Source: an uncultured Candidatus Saccharibacteria bacterium (lineage in GTDB: Bacteria > Patescibacteriota > WWE3 > UBA101185 > 2-01-FULL-41-18). Taken from it: a stretch of DNA of 64,000 nt. Numbering within the stretch: position 1 is the stretch's first letter; every line of letters starts with the position of its first letter. Of this stretch, positions 36,836-47,806 are shown piece by piece. The notes beneath the pieces were generated by a model. That model ran no database searches, was not told where the DNA came from, and saw only the letters and a list, made by a program, of their open reading frames with translations. A program made the position numbers and the translations under genes. Location: positions 69,226 to 133,225 of the forward strand of contig CAZWQF010000003.1 of NCBI GenBank assembly GCA_964636285.1, in the 5' to 3' direction.

Positions 36836-37303
36836 TTAGCAACCTTCATTTGCCCTTATAATATCTTTCTCAATAGGGTAGTTAATTCTGAAAAATTTTC
36901 CTTTTTTTGGCGAATTGGCAACAGCAGAAAGACAAAACCCACCTGGAGTTTTTACATACTTAAAGCCGGGGTAAGGGAATATGCCCGTTTCAAGACCCTT
37001 AAGCTCAAAGAACGGGCAGTTACAACTTCTAACACCTCCAAAAACAATTCCTGTGCAGAATGGCGCTTTCCCTAACATCTCGGAGCAACTTGGATATTCA
37101 CCGCTTAAATTAAACTGAATGAGTTCATCTGAAACAGCTTTTGCTTTGTAGTACAGCTGATAGTCATATACTACGGCAGTAACATTTCTTAAATCTGCAA
37201 AATTGATAACAAGCGCAACAAGAACAAATAGAAAAACGACTCCAAGAGTCAATTCCGAAAGGGCAAAACCTTTTGAGAATGGGGATGGGGCAGTTTTTTG
37301 CAT
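36836..37303 (-). CDS. Divergent pilin-like protein
   Basis: KG|FALSE plus hydrophobic helix; Cys pattern resembles the neighbouring pilin. Confidence 0.6.
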   Translation of the reverse strand: MQKTAPSPFSKGFALSELTLGVVFLFVLVALVINFADLRNVTAVVYDYQLYYKAKAVSDELIQFNLSGEYPSCSEMLGKAPFCTGIVFGGVRSCNCPFFELKGLETGIFPYPGFKYVKTPGGFCLSAVANSPKKGKFFRINYPIEKDIIRANEGC

Positions 37304-37314
37304 CTTAATCTATT

Positions 37315-38226
37315 CTACAGCATAGATAGGTATCTATTAACAAGGTATTCGCCAAAAAAGAGAGCAACATAGCACCCAAGTATCAAAAACGGTCCAAAAG
37401 GTATGGCTTCCTTCATTCCTTTTTTTCTTAATAAGACTAGTACAATGCTATAAAGTGCTCCAGCCAAAAACGAAGCAAAAAGCATTACTGCAAAGTTTGG
37501 AAAACCGTTTATTAGTCCAAGTAAAAACCCAAGCTTAACATCACCACCACCCATTCCTCTTCCTTTTGTTATAAAGATAAGGAACAGAAAGAAAAGTGAC
37601 ACAAATAATGCCCCACCAATTACCCAAACAAGGTTTACTGCTTCAAATTTAATATGGTTAGTCAAAAATCCCGCTTTTAGCAAGTACTTACCGAATGGGT
37701 CGGAGACAAGACTCTGGTACATCTTATACAGTGCCCAAGTCACAGCGCAAATCCTTGCTACAAGGACAAAAATTATTGCAGGAAACACAATCTTATCTGG
37801 CAAAATCATATCTTTAAGATCTGTTAAAAGTAGTGCTACCAAAAACGAGGCAATAACCAAGTGAAACGCATACGCAATGTAGATAGAAGTATCAGCTGTA
37901 CTGAAAACCCCAAGCCAAACTGCCAAAGCAACAAATAAAGATCCTGTGAGTATCTCAGAAATAGGGTAGTAAGCACTTAGCTTTACGCCACAAGAACTAC
38001 ACTTACCTTTTTGAAGCAAATAGGAGACAACTGGGACCAGTTCCTTGGCTGAAAGCTCCTTATGACAACTTTCACACTCAGATCTCCCCATCACAATAGA
38101 TTTACCTTTGAGCAGCCTATCGGATACAACATTTAAAAACGAGCCTACCAGAGTACCTCCAATGAATATTAAAACGTAATACAACGAATTTGAAGTAACT
38201 ATATAAAGCAAAATATTATTTAGCAC
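37315..38226 (-). CDS. pilD: Prepilin peptidase
   Basis: GSFLNVV..R, two CxxC motifs, GMGGGDVKL, IPFGPFL. Confidence 0.95.
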   Translation of the reverse strand: MLNNILLYIVTSNSLYYVLIFIGGTLVGSFLNVVSDRLLKGKSIVMGRSECESCHKELSAKELVPVVSYLLQKGKCSSCGVKLSAYYPISEILTGSLFVALAVWLGVFSTADTSIYIAYAFHLVIASFLVALLLTDLKDMILPDKIVFPAIIFVLVARICAVTWALYKMYQSLVSDPFGKYLLKAGFLTNHIKFEAVNLVWVIGGALFVSLFFLFLIFITKGRGMGGGDVKLGFLLGLINGFPNFAVMLFASFLAGALYSIVLVLLRKKGMKEAIPFGPFLILGCYVALFFGEYLVNRYLSML

Positions 38227-38272
38227 CTAAAGATAATAACAGCAGAAACTGGCAGGATAAAGAAGAAAGCCT

Positions 38273-38309
38273 AAAAAAAGATCCCGCCCCAAAAAATGGG
38301 GCGGAATCC
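38273..38309 (-). terminator. Intrinsic terminator after the major pilin candidate
   Basis: GATTCCGCCCCA-TTTT-TTGGGGCGGGATC-TTTTTTT on the minus strand. Confidence 0.8.
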
Positions 38310-38337
38310 GATACTTAATTAACTTTCACCCATCAAA

Positions 38338-38844
38338 TTAGTTGATGAGGGTAAGTGAGGTACCAAGCTCAAAAGCGTTGGCATTGTCTCCTCCGTCTGT
38401 AGACATCTTTGAAGCGTTATCTACATTTTCAAGTGCAGTATTAAGCTCAAAGCTTGTTCCGTCAGATGCAAAGGTATAAACAAGTGTTCCTGTGTTCGTT
38501 GGATCCCTTGGAAGTGTGGCAAGGTACTTTGAAAGACCTGTCTTTCCTGTCGGGACTGTGAACTTAATGTACCCTGCTGTTCCGTTTACTGCTTGAGTAC
38601 CGGAAAGACTGGTACATGTGGTACAACCTGTTGTTGCTGACAAGATTACTTCTCCATCAGCAAGTGCTAACGAGATAGCTTTGTTCAAGTTATCAACGTC
38701 CTGAAGTCTGGCCGAATCCCTGCTTTTTGCAAGAAGTGCGGTTGGGTTGATAGCAACTAGAACTACTCCTGCCAAAATTGCGATAATAGCAATTACGACC
38801 AAAAGCTCTACGAGCGTAAAACCCTTCTGTTTTAATCCATCCAT
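38338..38844 (-). CDS. Type IV pilin, probable major pilin
   Basis: QKG|FTLVELLVVIAIIAILA; strong SD GAAAGGGGGTGA; follows pilC; own terminator. Confidence 0.85.
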   Translation of the reverse strand: MDGLKQKGFTLVELLVVIAIIAILAGVVLVAINPTALLAKSRDSARLQDVDNLNKAISLALADGEVILSATTGCTTCTSLSGTQAVNGTAGYIKFTVPTGKTGLSKYLATLPRDPTNTGTLVYTFASDGTSFELNTALENVDNASKMSTDGGDNANAFELGTSLTLIN

Positions 38845-38863
38845 TACAATTCACCCCCTTTCG

Positions 38864-40069
38864 TTACAAAGAACTTGTAAGCTTATAAATTGGCGTAATA
38901 ATCGAAAGTATCAAAAATAGAACCATAACTCCAAGCATTATTAAAATAATAGGCTCCATAGCCGTAGATAAAGCTTTAATTGATGTCTCGGCGTTGTTCT
39001 TAAAATACTTGGAAAGCCTTTCCATAATTGCATCAAGGGACCCGGTCTCCTCTCCCACAGCAACCATCTGACCTACAACAGGAGGAAAGATTGGTTCCGC
39101 TCTTAAAAACTTTGAGAGGGAAAAACCTTTAGTCACGTTTTTTGCGCCTTGCTCAATTGCAGACCTCATCAGCACGTTATCAACAGCATCCGCAACAATC
39201 TGCAGTGCATCAACAATTGGAATACCTGATGAGATAAGTAAGCTAAAAGTAGAGGTAAACTCAGTTAAATCCTTTTCTTTATAAATTGACCCAAAGACAG
39301 GCAGTGCATAAGAAATTTTAGATAGGTAAATACTACCAATTTCGGTTTTCTTAAAATAATTAAAGGCACTCATTGCACCAAAAATACCAATAAGCATTAA
39401 CCACCAATAGTTAATCATAAACCCAGAAATACCAATTAAGATCTTGGTTGGAAGGGGAAGCTCAGCCCCCAAACTGTTGTACATATTTGAAAGCTTTGGG
39501 ACAACAAAAAGCATCATAACGGCCATAACTCCTACCATTGCTATCATAACGATTGCGGGGTAGATCAAAGCCCCAACAAACTTGGCCTTAAACTCTTGCT
39601 GCTCCTCCATGGTATCTGCAAGCTTCAAAAGAATTTCTTGCATCTTTCCTGACGCCTCTCCAGCTCGCAAAAGTGCTTTATACGTTGGAGAAAAAATTTT
39701 AGGAAATTTACCAATACTGACCGAAAGGGGAGAGCCTCCTTCAACATCCCTAAGGCACTCGGTAATTACCTGCTTCATCTGAACATTTGTAGTCTGCTCG
39801 GAAAGTACTTGCAAAGAGTTTGGAAGAGGAAGACCCGCAGCAACCATGGTAGCTAACTGCCTTGTAAAATTAACCCTCTCTTTTGAAGACACGCCCCTAA
39901 TTGTATTAAGCCTATTTTCAAGACTATTTACATCCTTTTTTGTAATAGAGACAACAAAATAACCTTTTGTTTTAATTAACGAGGCTGCTGCTTGGTCGCT
40001 TGCTGCCTCTACAACCCCATTGATTTGCTTTCCATCTATAGTTTTTGCAATATAGTTAAATACTGGCAT
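38864..40069 (-). CDS. pilC: Type IV pilus platform protein PilC (GspF family)
   Basis: FTRQLATMVAAGLPL, AGEASG, ALIYP, VGEETGSLD, MEPIIL. Confidence 0.95.
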   Translation of the reverse strand: MPVFNYIAKTIDGKQINGVVEAASDQAAASLIKTKGYFVVSITKKDVNSLENRLNTIRGVSSKERVNFTRQLATMVAAGLPLPNSLQVLSEQTTNVQMKQVITECLRDVEGGSPLSVSIGKFPKIFSPTYKALLRAGEASGKMQEILLKLADTMEEQQEFKAKFVGALIYPAIVMIAMVGVMAVMMLFVVPKLSNMYNSLGAELPLPTKILIGISGFMINYWWLMLIGIFGAMSAFNYFKKTEIGSIYLSKISYALPVFGSIYKEKDLTEFTSTFSLLISSGIPIVDALQIVADAVDNVLMRSAIEQGAKNVTKGFSLSKFLRAEPIFPPVVGQMVAVGEETGSLDAIMERLSKYFKNNAETSIKALSTAMEPIILIMLGVMVLFLILSIITPIYKLTSSL

Positions 40070-40072
40070 ATT

Positions 40073-41140
40073 CTAGTTTGCTCTCTTTGTTAACCTCGTA
40101 AGCTCTTCTGGCTTTGTGGTATATCTCATGGCTTCGTCTAAAGAAACTCTGTTCTGAGCTACAAGTGAGGCTAGATTTCTCTCCAAAGAAATCATCCCTA
40201 GATCAAAACTTGTAGAAACAACATTATCTATTTGGTGAGATTTTCCTTCTCTAATAAGGTTTCTAACTGCAGGGCTTGAAAGCAGAACCTCAACAGCAGG
40301 CGTTAAACTACCGTCAACCGTAGGAACAAGCCTCTGAGAAACTATCCCCTCAAGAATGGAAGCAAGCTGAATTCTAACCTGTTGTTGCTGAACTTCTGGG
40401 AACACATCAATAATTCTGTCTATTGTTTGTGCCGCAGAGTTTGTGTGAAGCGTTGCAAGAACTAGATGGCCTGTTTCAGCAATTGTTATAGCAGCAGAAA
40501 TTGTCTCAAAATCTCTCATCTCACCAACAACCACAACGTTAGGGTCTTGCCTCAGCACAGATCTTAATGCCACCTCCCACGAGTGCGTATCAAGAAACAT
40601 TTCTCTTTGTTCTATAAGAGATTTGTTATTAGTAAAGACGTACTCTATAGGGTCTTCAATGGTGACGATATGAGCGTCTCTCGTCTTGTTTATTTCGTTT
40701 ATCATTGCTGCAATTGTGGTTGATTTACCATGACCTGTTGGGCCTACAATAAGCACCAGACCTTGATTTAATGTGGATAGAGTCTGGACTATATCCGGAA
40801 CATTTAATTCCGATAGGTCAGGGATCCTAAAAGGAATGACTCTTAACGCTACGCTAGGGTAACCCCTTTGATAAAAAGCGTTAACTCTAAATCTTGATGC
40901 CTTTCCAAGTGAAAACGAAAAGTCTAGGTCCTTGTTCACACTGTAGATTTCTTTTTGCTCTTGGCTCATGAGCTGGTCCAAAAAGTATTCAACGTCCTCA
41001 GCGGAAAGAATGGGGTAGTCCTGCATTGCAATAAGCTTTGAGTTAACCCTCATGATTGGATAATTCCCAGTAACCACGTGCAAATCCGAAGCTCTGTTGT
41101 TTACAACTTTTTCTAAAATTTCATTGGCAGCAAATTTCAT
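40073..41140 (-). CDS. pilT: Pilus retraction ATPase PilT
   Basis: GPTGHGKSTT, TIEDPIE, LRQDP, GEMRD, AETGHLV, AVRNLIRE. Confidence 0.95.
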   Translation of the reverse strand: MKFAANEILEKVVNNRASDLHVVTGNYPIMRVNSKLIAMQDYPILSAEDVEYFLDQLMSQEQKEIYSVNKDLDFSFSLGKASRFRVNAFYQRGYPSVALRVIPFRIPDLSELNVPDIVQTLSTLNQGLVLIVGPTGHGKSTTIAAMINEINKTRDAHIVTIEDPIEYVFTNNKSLIEQREMFLDTHSWEVALRSVLRQDPNVVVVGEMRDFETISAAITIAETGHLVLATLHTNSAAQTIDRIIDVFPEVQQQQVRIQLASILEGIVSQRLVPTVDGSLTPAVEVLLSSPAVRNLIREGKSHQIDNVVSTSFDLGMISLERNLASLVAQNRVSLDEAMRYTTKPEELTRLTKRAN

Positions 41141-41152
41141 ATATGTCCTAAA

Positions 41153-42940
41153 TTAATCCTTAGCAACTCTCAATACTTCTTCCATTGTTGTTCCACCCTC
41201 AAGTGCCTTTAGGTAGCCATCTTGAACTAGAGTGACCATACCTTCGGAAACGGCAGTTGTCTCAATATCTGAAGCGGGTTTGTGCTCAAGGATTAATCTT
41301 GAGATTTTGTCGGTCATTGTAAGAACTTCATAAATACCAATTCTTCCAAGGTATCCTGTATTCCCACATTTTTCACAGCCTTTGCCTTTATACAAGACAA
41401 CTTTGTCTTTTTTGAGGAGCTTAATGTCATCTGCAACCATCTGGTCTTCTTTTGGATCTTTTGCAATTGCAGGATTAAGGTATCTTTCAGCTAGAGGGCC
41501 AAGTATTCTCTTAATTTCCTTGACTACTTCTTCGTTTGCCTCATAAGCCTCCTTACAATCCGTACAAATTTTTCTTACAAGTCTTTGCGCAAGAACAGCA
41601 TTAACAGTGGAGGAAAGAAGGAAGTTTTCAACACCCATATCCAAAAGCCTTGGAGGAGCGCCTGCTGCCGAGTTTGTGTGAAGTGTTGCAAGCACTAAGT
41701 GACCTGTAAGAGCGGCCTGAATGGCAAGCGCGGCTGTTTCACCGTCTCTAATCTCTCCCACCATTACTACATTAGGATCTTGCCTAAGAATTGACCTTAA
41801 TCCTGATGCGAATGTTAACCCAGCTTGAGGATTTATCTGAACCTGATTTACCCCAGGAACTCTAATTTCAACAGGGTCCTCAAGTGTAATTATGTTTACC
41901 TTGACCGTATTTAACTTGTATAAAGCTGTTGCAAGCGTGACCGTCTTTCCTGAACCTGTAGGACCGGTAACCAAAATAATTCCGTTTGGTTTAAGTAAAT
42001 TGTCTTCAAACTTTTTTAATGCGTTTCCCCTTAAGCCTAAGTCTTTAAAGCTAAGAACTGTTGACTCGTCCTTCAAAAGCCTAATTACCACTTTTTCACC
42101 TACAACAGTCGGTAGGGTAGAGACTCTTAAATCCGTTTTTGAAGCACCAACTTGGATCTTGAACCTACCATCTTGAGGGATTCTTTTTTCGTCAATTTTA
42201 AGCTGAGAGAGAACTTTGATTCTTGCAACAACTGAGTCGTGAACTTTTTTTGGTAATGAAATTCTTTCCTGCAAAATACCATCGACTCTATATCTGACTC
42301 TTGTTCGATCTTCACCTGGTTCAATATGAATATCTGAAGACTTTAGCTTTACAGCGTACTCCAAAATAGTTCCCACAATTCTTGAAACAGGGGCGTCTCT
42401 TAAAACTTCTCCTGCCTGATCAACATCATTAAGTCTTTCTTCGATTTTTAAAGTCTCCGCAGAAACTTCCTCTAAAGCTGCCTCAACGTGCTCACCAACA
42501 GATCTTCCATACTGTTCATCAATGACTGCGAGTATGTCTTTTTCGGTTGCTATGTAGGTTTTAACCGCAAGGCCAGTTCTCCTTTCAATAAATTCAACGG
42601 CCTGGAGGTCCAGAGGATCAGCCATGGCAACACTGAGCATGCCATCAACCTCTTCAAAAGGTATGAACTTATATTTCTTAGCTACTGTCTGAGGAAAATA
42701 ATCCAAAAATTTAACGTCAAACTGCTTTCCATTTAAATCCACATACGCAAATCCAAAAGCTTCGCCATAAGATCTTGCGTAGTCTTCAGATGAAATATAA
42801 TTTCTTTCTTTTAATATCTGAGTAACTGGTTTACCAGTATTTACATGTTCGAATTTGAGTGCGGAAAGCTGGTCTGAATTAATCAGCTTTTTTTCATAAA
42901 GTATGTCTTCTATTCCGCGCTGTGTATCAAGCTTTTGCAT
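41153..42940 (-). CDS. pilB: Pilus extension ATPase PilB (GspE family)
   Basis: SDIHIEP, GPTGSGKT, LRQDP, two CxxC motifs, GRIGIYEVL. Confidence 0.95.
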   Translation of the reverse strand: MQKLDTQRGIEDILYEKKLINSDQLSALKFEHVNTGKPVTQILKERNYISSEDYARSYGEAFGFAYVDLNGKQFDVKFLDYFPQTVAKKYKFIPFEEVDGMLSVAMADPLDLQAVEFIERRTGLAVKTYIATEKDILAVIDEQYGRSVGEHVEAALEEVSAETLKIEERLNDVDQAGEVLRDAPVSRIVGTILEYAVKLKSSDIHIEPGEDRTRVRYRVDGILQERISLPKKVHDSVVARIKVLSQLKIDEKRIPQDGRFKIQVGASKTDLRVSTLPTVVGEKVVIRLLKDESTVLSFKDLGLRGNALKKFEDNLLKPNGIILVTGPTGSGKTVTLATALYKLNTVKVNIITLEDPVEIRVPGVNQVQINPQAGLTFASGLRSILRQDPNVVMVGEIRDGETAALAIQAALTGHLVLATLHTNSAAGAPPRLLDMGVENFLLSSTVNAVLAQRLVRKICTDCKEAYEANEEVVKEIKRILGPLAERYLNPAIAKDPKEDQMVADDIKLLKKDKVVLYKGKGCEKCGNTGYLGRIGIYEVLTMTDKISRLILEHKPASDIETTAVSEGMVTLVQDGYLKALEGGTTMEEVLRVAKD

Positions 42941-42966
42941 GGGCAGTCCTTTTAAGTATCTTAATT

Positions 42967-42995
42967 AGTATTTCACATGCATATGGTGGTGTCAA
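42967..42995 (-). promoter_or_regulatory. Promoter of the pilB-pilT-pilC-pilin operon
   Basis: TTGACA-17-AATACT on the minus strand, with TG extension. Confidence 0.55.
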
Positions 42996-43082
42996 CGAAT
43001 GGCAAACGAATAGATGCAGGGCTATTTGTTGCTTTGACGCTATAATATAGTCAATAAAAGCCCTGTGTGTTATACAAGACGT

Positions 43083-43730
43083 ATGTACGGAACAGCAACA
43101 TTAATTGTAGGAACAAACCCTGAAAAAGTCAGAATTAAAATAGAAGAGATAATGAAAAGCTGTGGCATAGACAGTTTAAAGTCGCCCGATGTTTTTGAGA
43201 TGGCCGGTGAGGCTAAGAGTATAGGTATTGGCGATGTTAAAAACCTCAAGGATTTTCTAATTAAAAAACCATTAACTAGTAAAAATAAGCTTCTAATTGT
43301 GAATAACGCAGAAAAGTTGACTTTAGACGCGCAAAACGCAATGCTGAAAACTCTTGAAGAGCCAAGCTCAACTTCGCATATTGTCTTAATTACGCAACAT
43401 GAAGACAAACTTCTTCCAACAGTTCTGTCTAGGTGCAAAAAGATTCTTTTACCAGAAGAATTTACACCTGACTCTGATACTTTAAAATTAGCTGAAAAGT
43501 TTGTGGGTTCAAAAACCGGGGAAAGATTGTCTTTAATAGAGGAACATAAATCTCAGCTAACGGATAGGGTTGAGGCAATCAAGTTTTTAGATACAGTAAA
43601 TTTTGTTCTTAGGAAAGATCTGAGGGGAGAAAATGCAAAACTAGCCTCCAAGATCTTGCGAGTTCAGGGGGACTTAGCGTCAACGAATGTAAATGTGAGG
43701 CTTGCTCTTGAGTATTTGTCCATGCTATAG
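43083..43730 (+). CDS. holB: DNA polymerase III delta-prime-like subunit (short form)
   Basis: SIGIGDV, AQNAMLKTLEEP, LLPTVLSRC; probable ATG 43083. Confidence 0.8.
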   Translation: MYGTATLIVGTNPEKVRIKIEEIMKSCGIDSLKSPDVFEMAGEAKSIGIGDVKNLKDFLIKKPLTSKNKLLIVNNAEKLTLDAQNAMLKTLEEPSSTSHIVLITQHEDKLLPTVLSRCKKILLPEEFTPDSDTLKLAEKFVGSKTGERLSLIEEHKSQLTDRVEAIKFLDTVNFVLRKDLRGENAKLASKILRVQGDLASTNVNVRLALEYLSML

Positions 43731-43786
43731 GGCTTAATTTCTTTGAAAAGGCCAATATCTTGGCAAATCGCACCGGTTTCATGTAA

Positions 43787-45769
<1,983 letters not shown>

Positions 45770-45812
45770 TATTCCTTATTTCAGCTATTAAAACTGGGTT
45801 AATGAAGTAGAG

Positions 45813-46310
45813 CTAAAGTACTGTGCAATCTTGCACATTGTCAGAAATATAACCTGCTGAACATGCTGAACTACAATTTACATGTATCTTTCCAGAACCC
45901 ATACTTCCGGTGCCTGTAGATTGATATCTAATATATCTATTTGTGGCTGTCGCCATTGGGACAGACAGACAGTAATCTGTAGGAGTGCCTGGGTTATTAG
46001 GAAAGTAAACATATGAACTTGCATCCGATGGCCAGTTTTGAACGTACTTTGTGTCTGTAGCTGTTAGCTTAGTTTGAGCGTCAGGGTAAACACCTTCCCC
46101 AGCCCTGTAAGCTTCAACTGACTGAACAAGCTTTGAGATATTCCCAACCCTAACGCCGTCCTGAGCTCTTGCTCTTTGTTTTTGAGGGTCTATAACAACA
46201 AGCAAAACGCCAGACATAATTCCAATGATTGTGACAACAATTAAAAGCTCAATAAGAGTAAAACCTGAAGATTTGGAAAAAAGCTTTTTAAGCTTGGCAG
46301 TTGAAAACAT
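45813..46310 (-). CDS. Stand-alone type IV pilin-like protein
   Basis: SG|FTLIELLIVV; IDPQKQRARAQDGVR; TTGATT-17-TATTAT promoter 8 nt before ATG 46310. Confidence 0.8.
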   Translation of the reverse strand: MFSTAKLKKLFSKSSGFTLIELLIVVTIIGIMSGVLLVVIDPQKQRARAQDGVRVGNISKLVQSVEAYRAGEGVYPDAQTKLTATDTKYVQNWPSDASSYVYFPNNPGTPTDYCLSVPMATATNRYIRYQSTGTGSMGSGKIHVNCSSACSAGYISDNVQDCTVL

Positions 46311-46449
46311 TACTTCTAATAATAGATAACATACCAAGCTAAATCAACAACAAGATTCCTCTTGAGCATGGCACTAATTTGTGCCAGAATACTCAGTCTT
46401 ACTTTATTGATTTGGTAAGACAGGAAGAGTAAAGTATTACTCACTGCCT

Positions 46450-47394
46450 ATGAGGATTTATGTTGTAGGGCATAAGTCACCGGACCTTGATGCTACATCA
46501 GCGCCGGTTGCATATGTCGAGTACCTTACAAAAGTCAAAAGATACAAAGACGCGGAAATAATTCCAGCGGTTGTTGATGACACAAATAAAGAGACTGCTT
46601 TTGTTTTTCAAAAGTACAACCTTCTAAGACCAAGACTTCTAGCAATAGAGGAGATTAAGCCTGAAGATAAAATCATTCTAGTTGATCATAACGAAGAAGA
46701 TCAGCGAATGGACGATTTAAACAACGAGCAGGTAATAGAAATTGTTGACCATCACAAGGTAAAACTTGATTTTGGACACCCAATTAGACTTGATATAAGG
46801 CCATTTGGTTCGGTGTGCTCAGTTATTTATGAAAACTTTGTTAAAGACGAGCTTAAACCATCAAGAGAAGTGATGGGGCTAATTCTTTGTTCGATACTCT
46901 CTGATACACAAGGCCTGAAGTCATCAACCACCACAAAATGGGATGCAAAAGCAGCACACGATCTGGCTTACGAACTTGATGAGGACCTAGATCAACTTAC
47001 TTTTGATATATTCAAGGCAAAATCAGATATGACTGGCCTTTCGCCTGAACAAATTGTTAAGAAAGACTACAAGATTTTTGATTTCTCTAGAATTAAAGTG
47101 TTCATAGGGCAAGTTGAGACTGTAGAGCCTGAGAATATATTCGCAGTGAAAGATCAGGTCATAGAAGCCATGATCAAAGTTAAGGCAACCGAAGGGGTTG
47201 ACCACATTTTCTTAACAGTTACAGACATTCTTAAAGTAAACTCTGTAGTTTTTTACAACACTGATGAAGATAAAGCAGTGCTTGAAGAAGCGTTTAAGAG
47301 CATTGGAAACGACCATGTTATAAATATTGGTCCAAAGATGTCTAGAAAGAAGGATATTGCCCCTCCTATAGAAGATGCACTCAGATACAAATAA
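46450..47394 (+). CDS. ppaC: Mn-dependent inorganic pyrophosphatase (family II, DHH)
   Basis: GHKSPDLD, LVDHNE, VDHH, ILSDT, KDYK, SRKK. Confidence 0.93.
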   Translation: MRIYVVGHKSPDLDATSAPVAYVEYLTKVKRYKDAEIIPAVVDDTNKETAFVFQKYNLLRPRLLAIEEIKPEDKIILVDHNEEDQRMDDLNNEQVIEIVDHHKVKLDFGHPIRLDIRPFGSVCSVIYENFVKDELKPSREVMGLILCSILSDTQGLKSSTTTKWDAKAAHDLAYELDEDLDQLTFDIFKAKSDMTGLSPEQIVKKDYKIFDFSRIKVFIGQVETVEPENIFAVKDQVIEAMIKVKATEGVDHIFLTVTDILKVNSVVFYNTDEDKAVLEEAFKSIGNDHVINIGPKMSRKKDIAPPIEDALRYK

Positions 47395-47758
47395 CCAAAC
47401 AACATCAGAGAACACAAAGGCGGAAGAAAAGGTTGTATGTACAATTGATGACCTTGCAAAACTGGATATTAGAATTGGAACGATTGAGCTAGCAGAGAGG
47501 GCAGAGGGAGCAGACAAGCTCCTTAAACTTATCATCAACTTTGGAAGTGAAAAAAGACAAATCATGAGCGCAATAGCTGAGTATTACCCAAACCCACAAG
47601 TGCTTGTAGGAAAGCAGATTCCTGCTCTATTAAACATAGAATTCAGAAAATTTAGGGGGCATGAAAGCCAGGGAATGATTATAGCTACGGATGCTGATGG
47701 CAAAGTAGTGTTTTTGACCCCGGAAAACATAATTCCTAACGGATCTTCGTTAAAATAG
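47375..47758 (+). CDS. Stand-alone tRNA-binding OB-fold protein (Trbp111/MetG C-terminal/CsaA family)
   Basis: LDIRIGTI..AE..EGADKLLKL.INFG.EKRQI...ESQGMI. Confidence 0.85.
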   Translation: MHSDTNNQTTSENTKAEEKVVCTIDDLAKLDIRIGTIELAERAEGADKLLKLIINFGSEKRQIMSAIAEYYPNPQVLVGKQIPALLNIEFRKFRGHESQGMIIATDADGKVVFLTPENIIPNGSSLK

Positions 47759-47806
47759 GGTTTACCTTGATACCACGCAATAGACCTGCTAAAATCTTCT
47801 AGTCTT

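Noticed and set aside
31415-42940. Type II secretion system
   Set aside because: GspG-like pilin motifs are present, but PilT and PilMNO are present and no secretin or GspC/L/M was seen, which indicates type IV pili.
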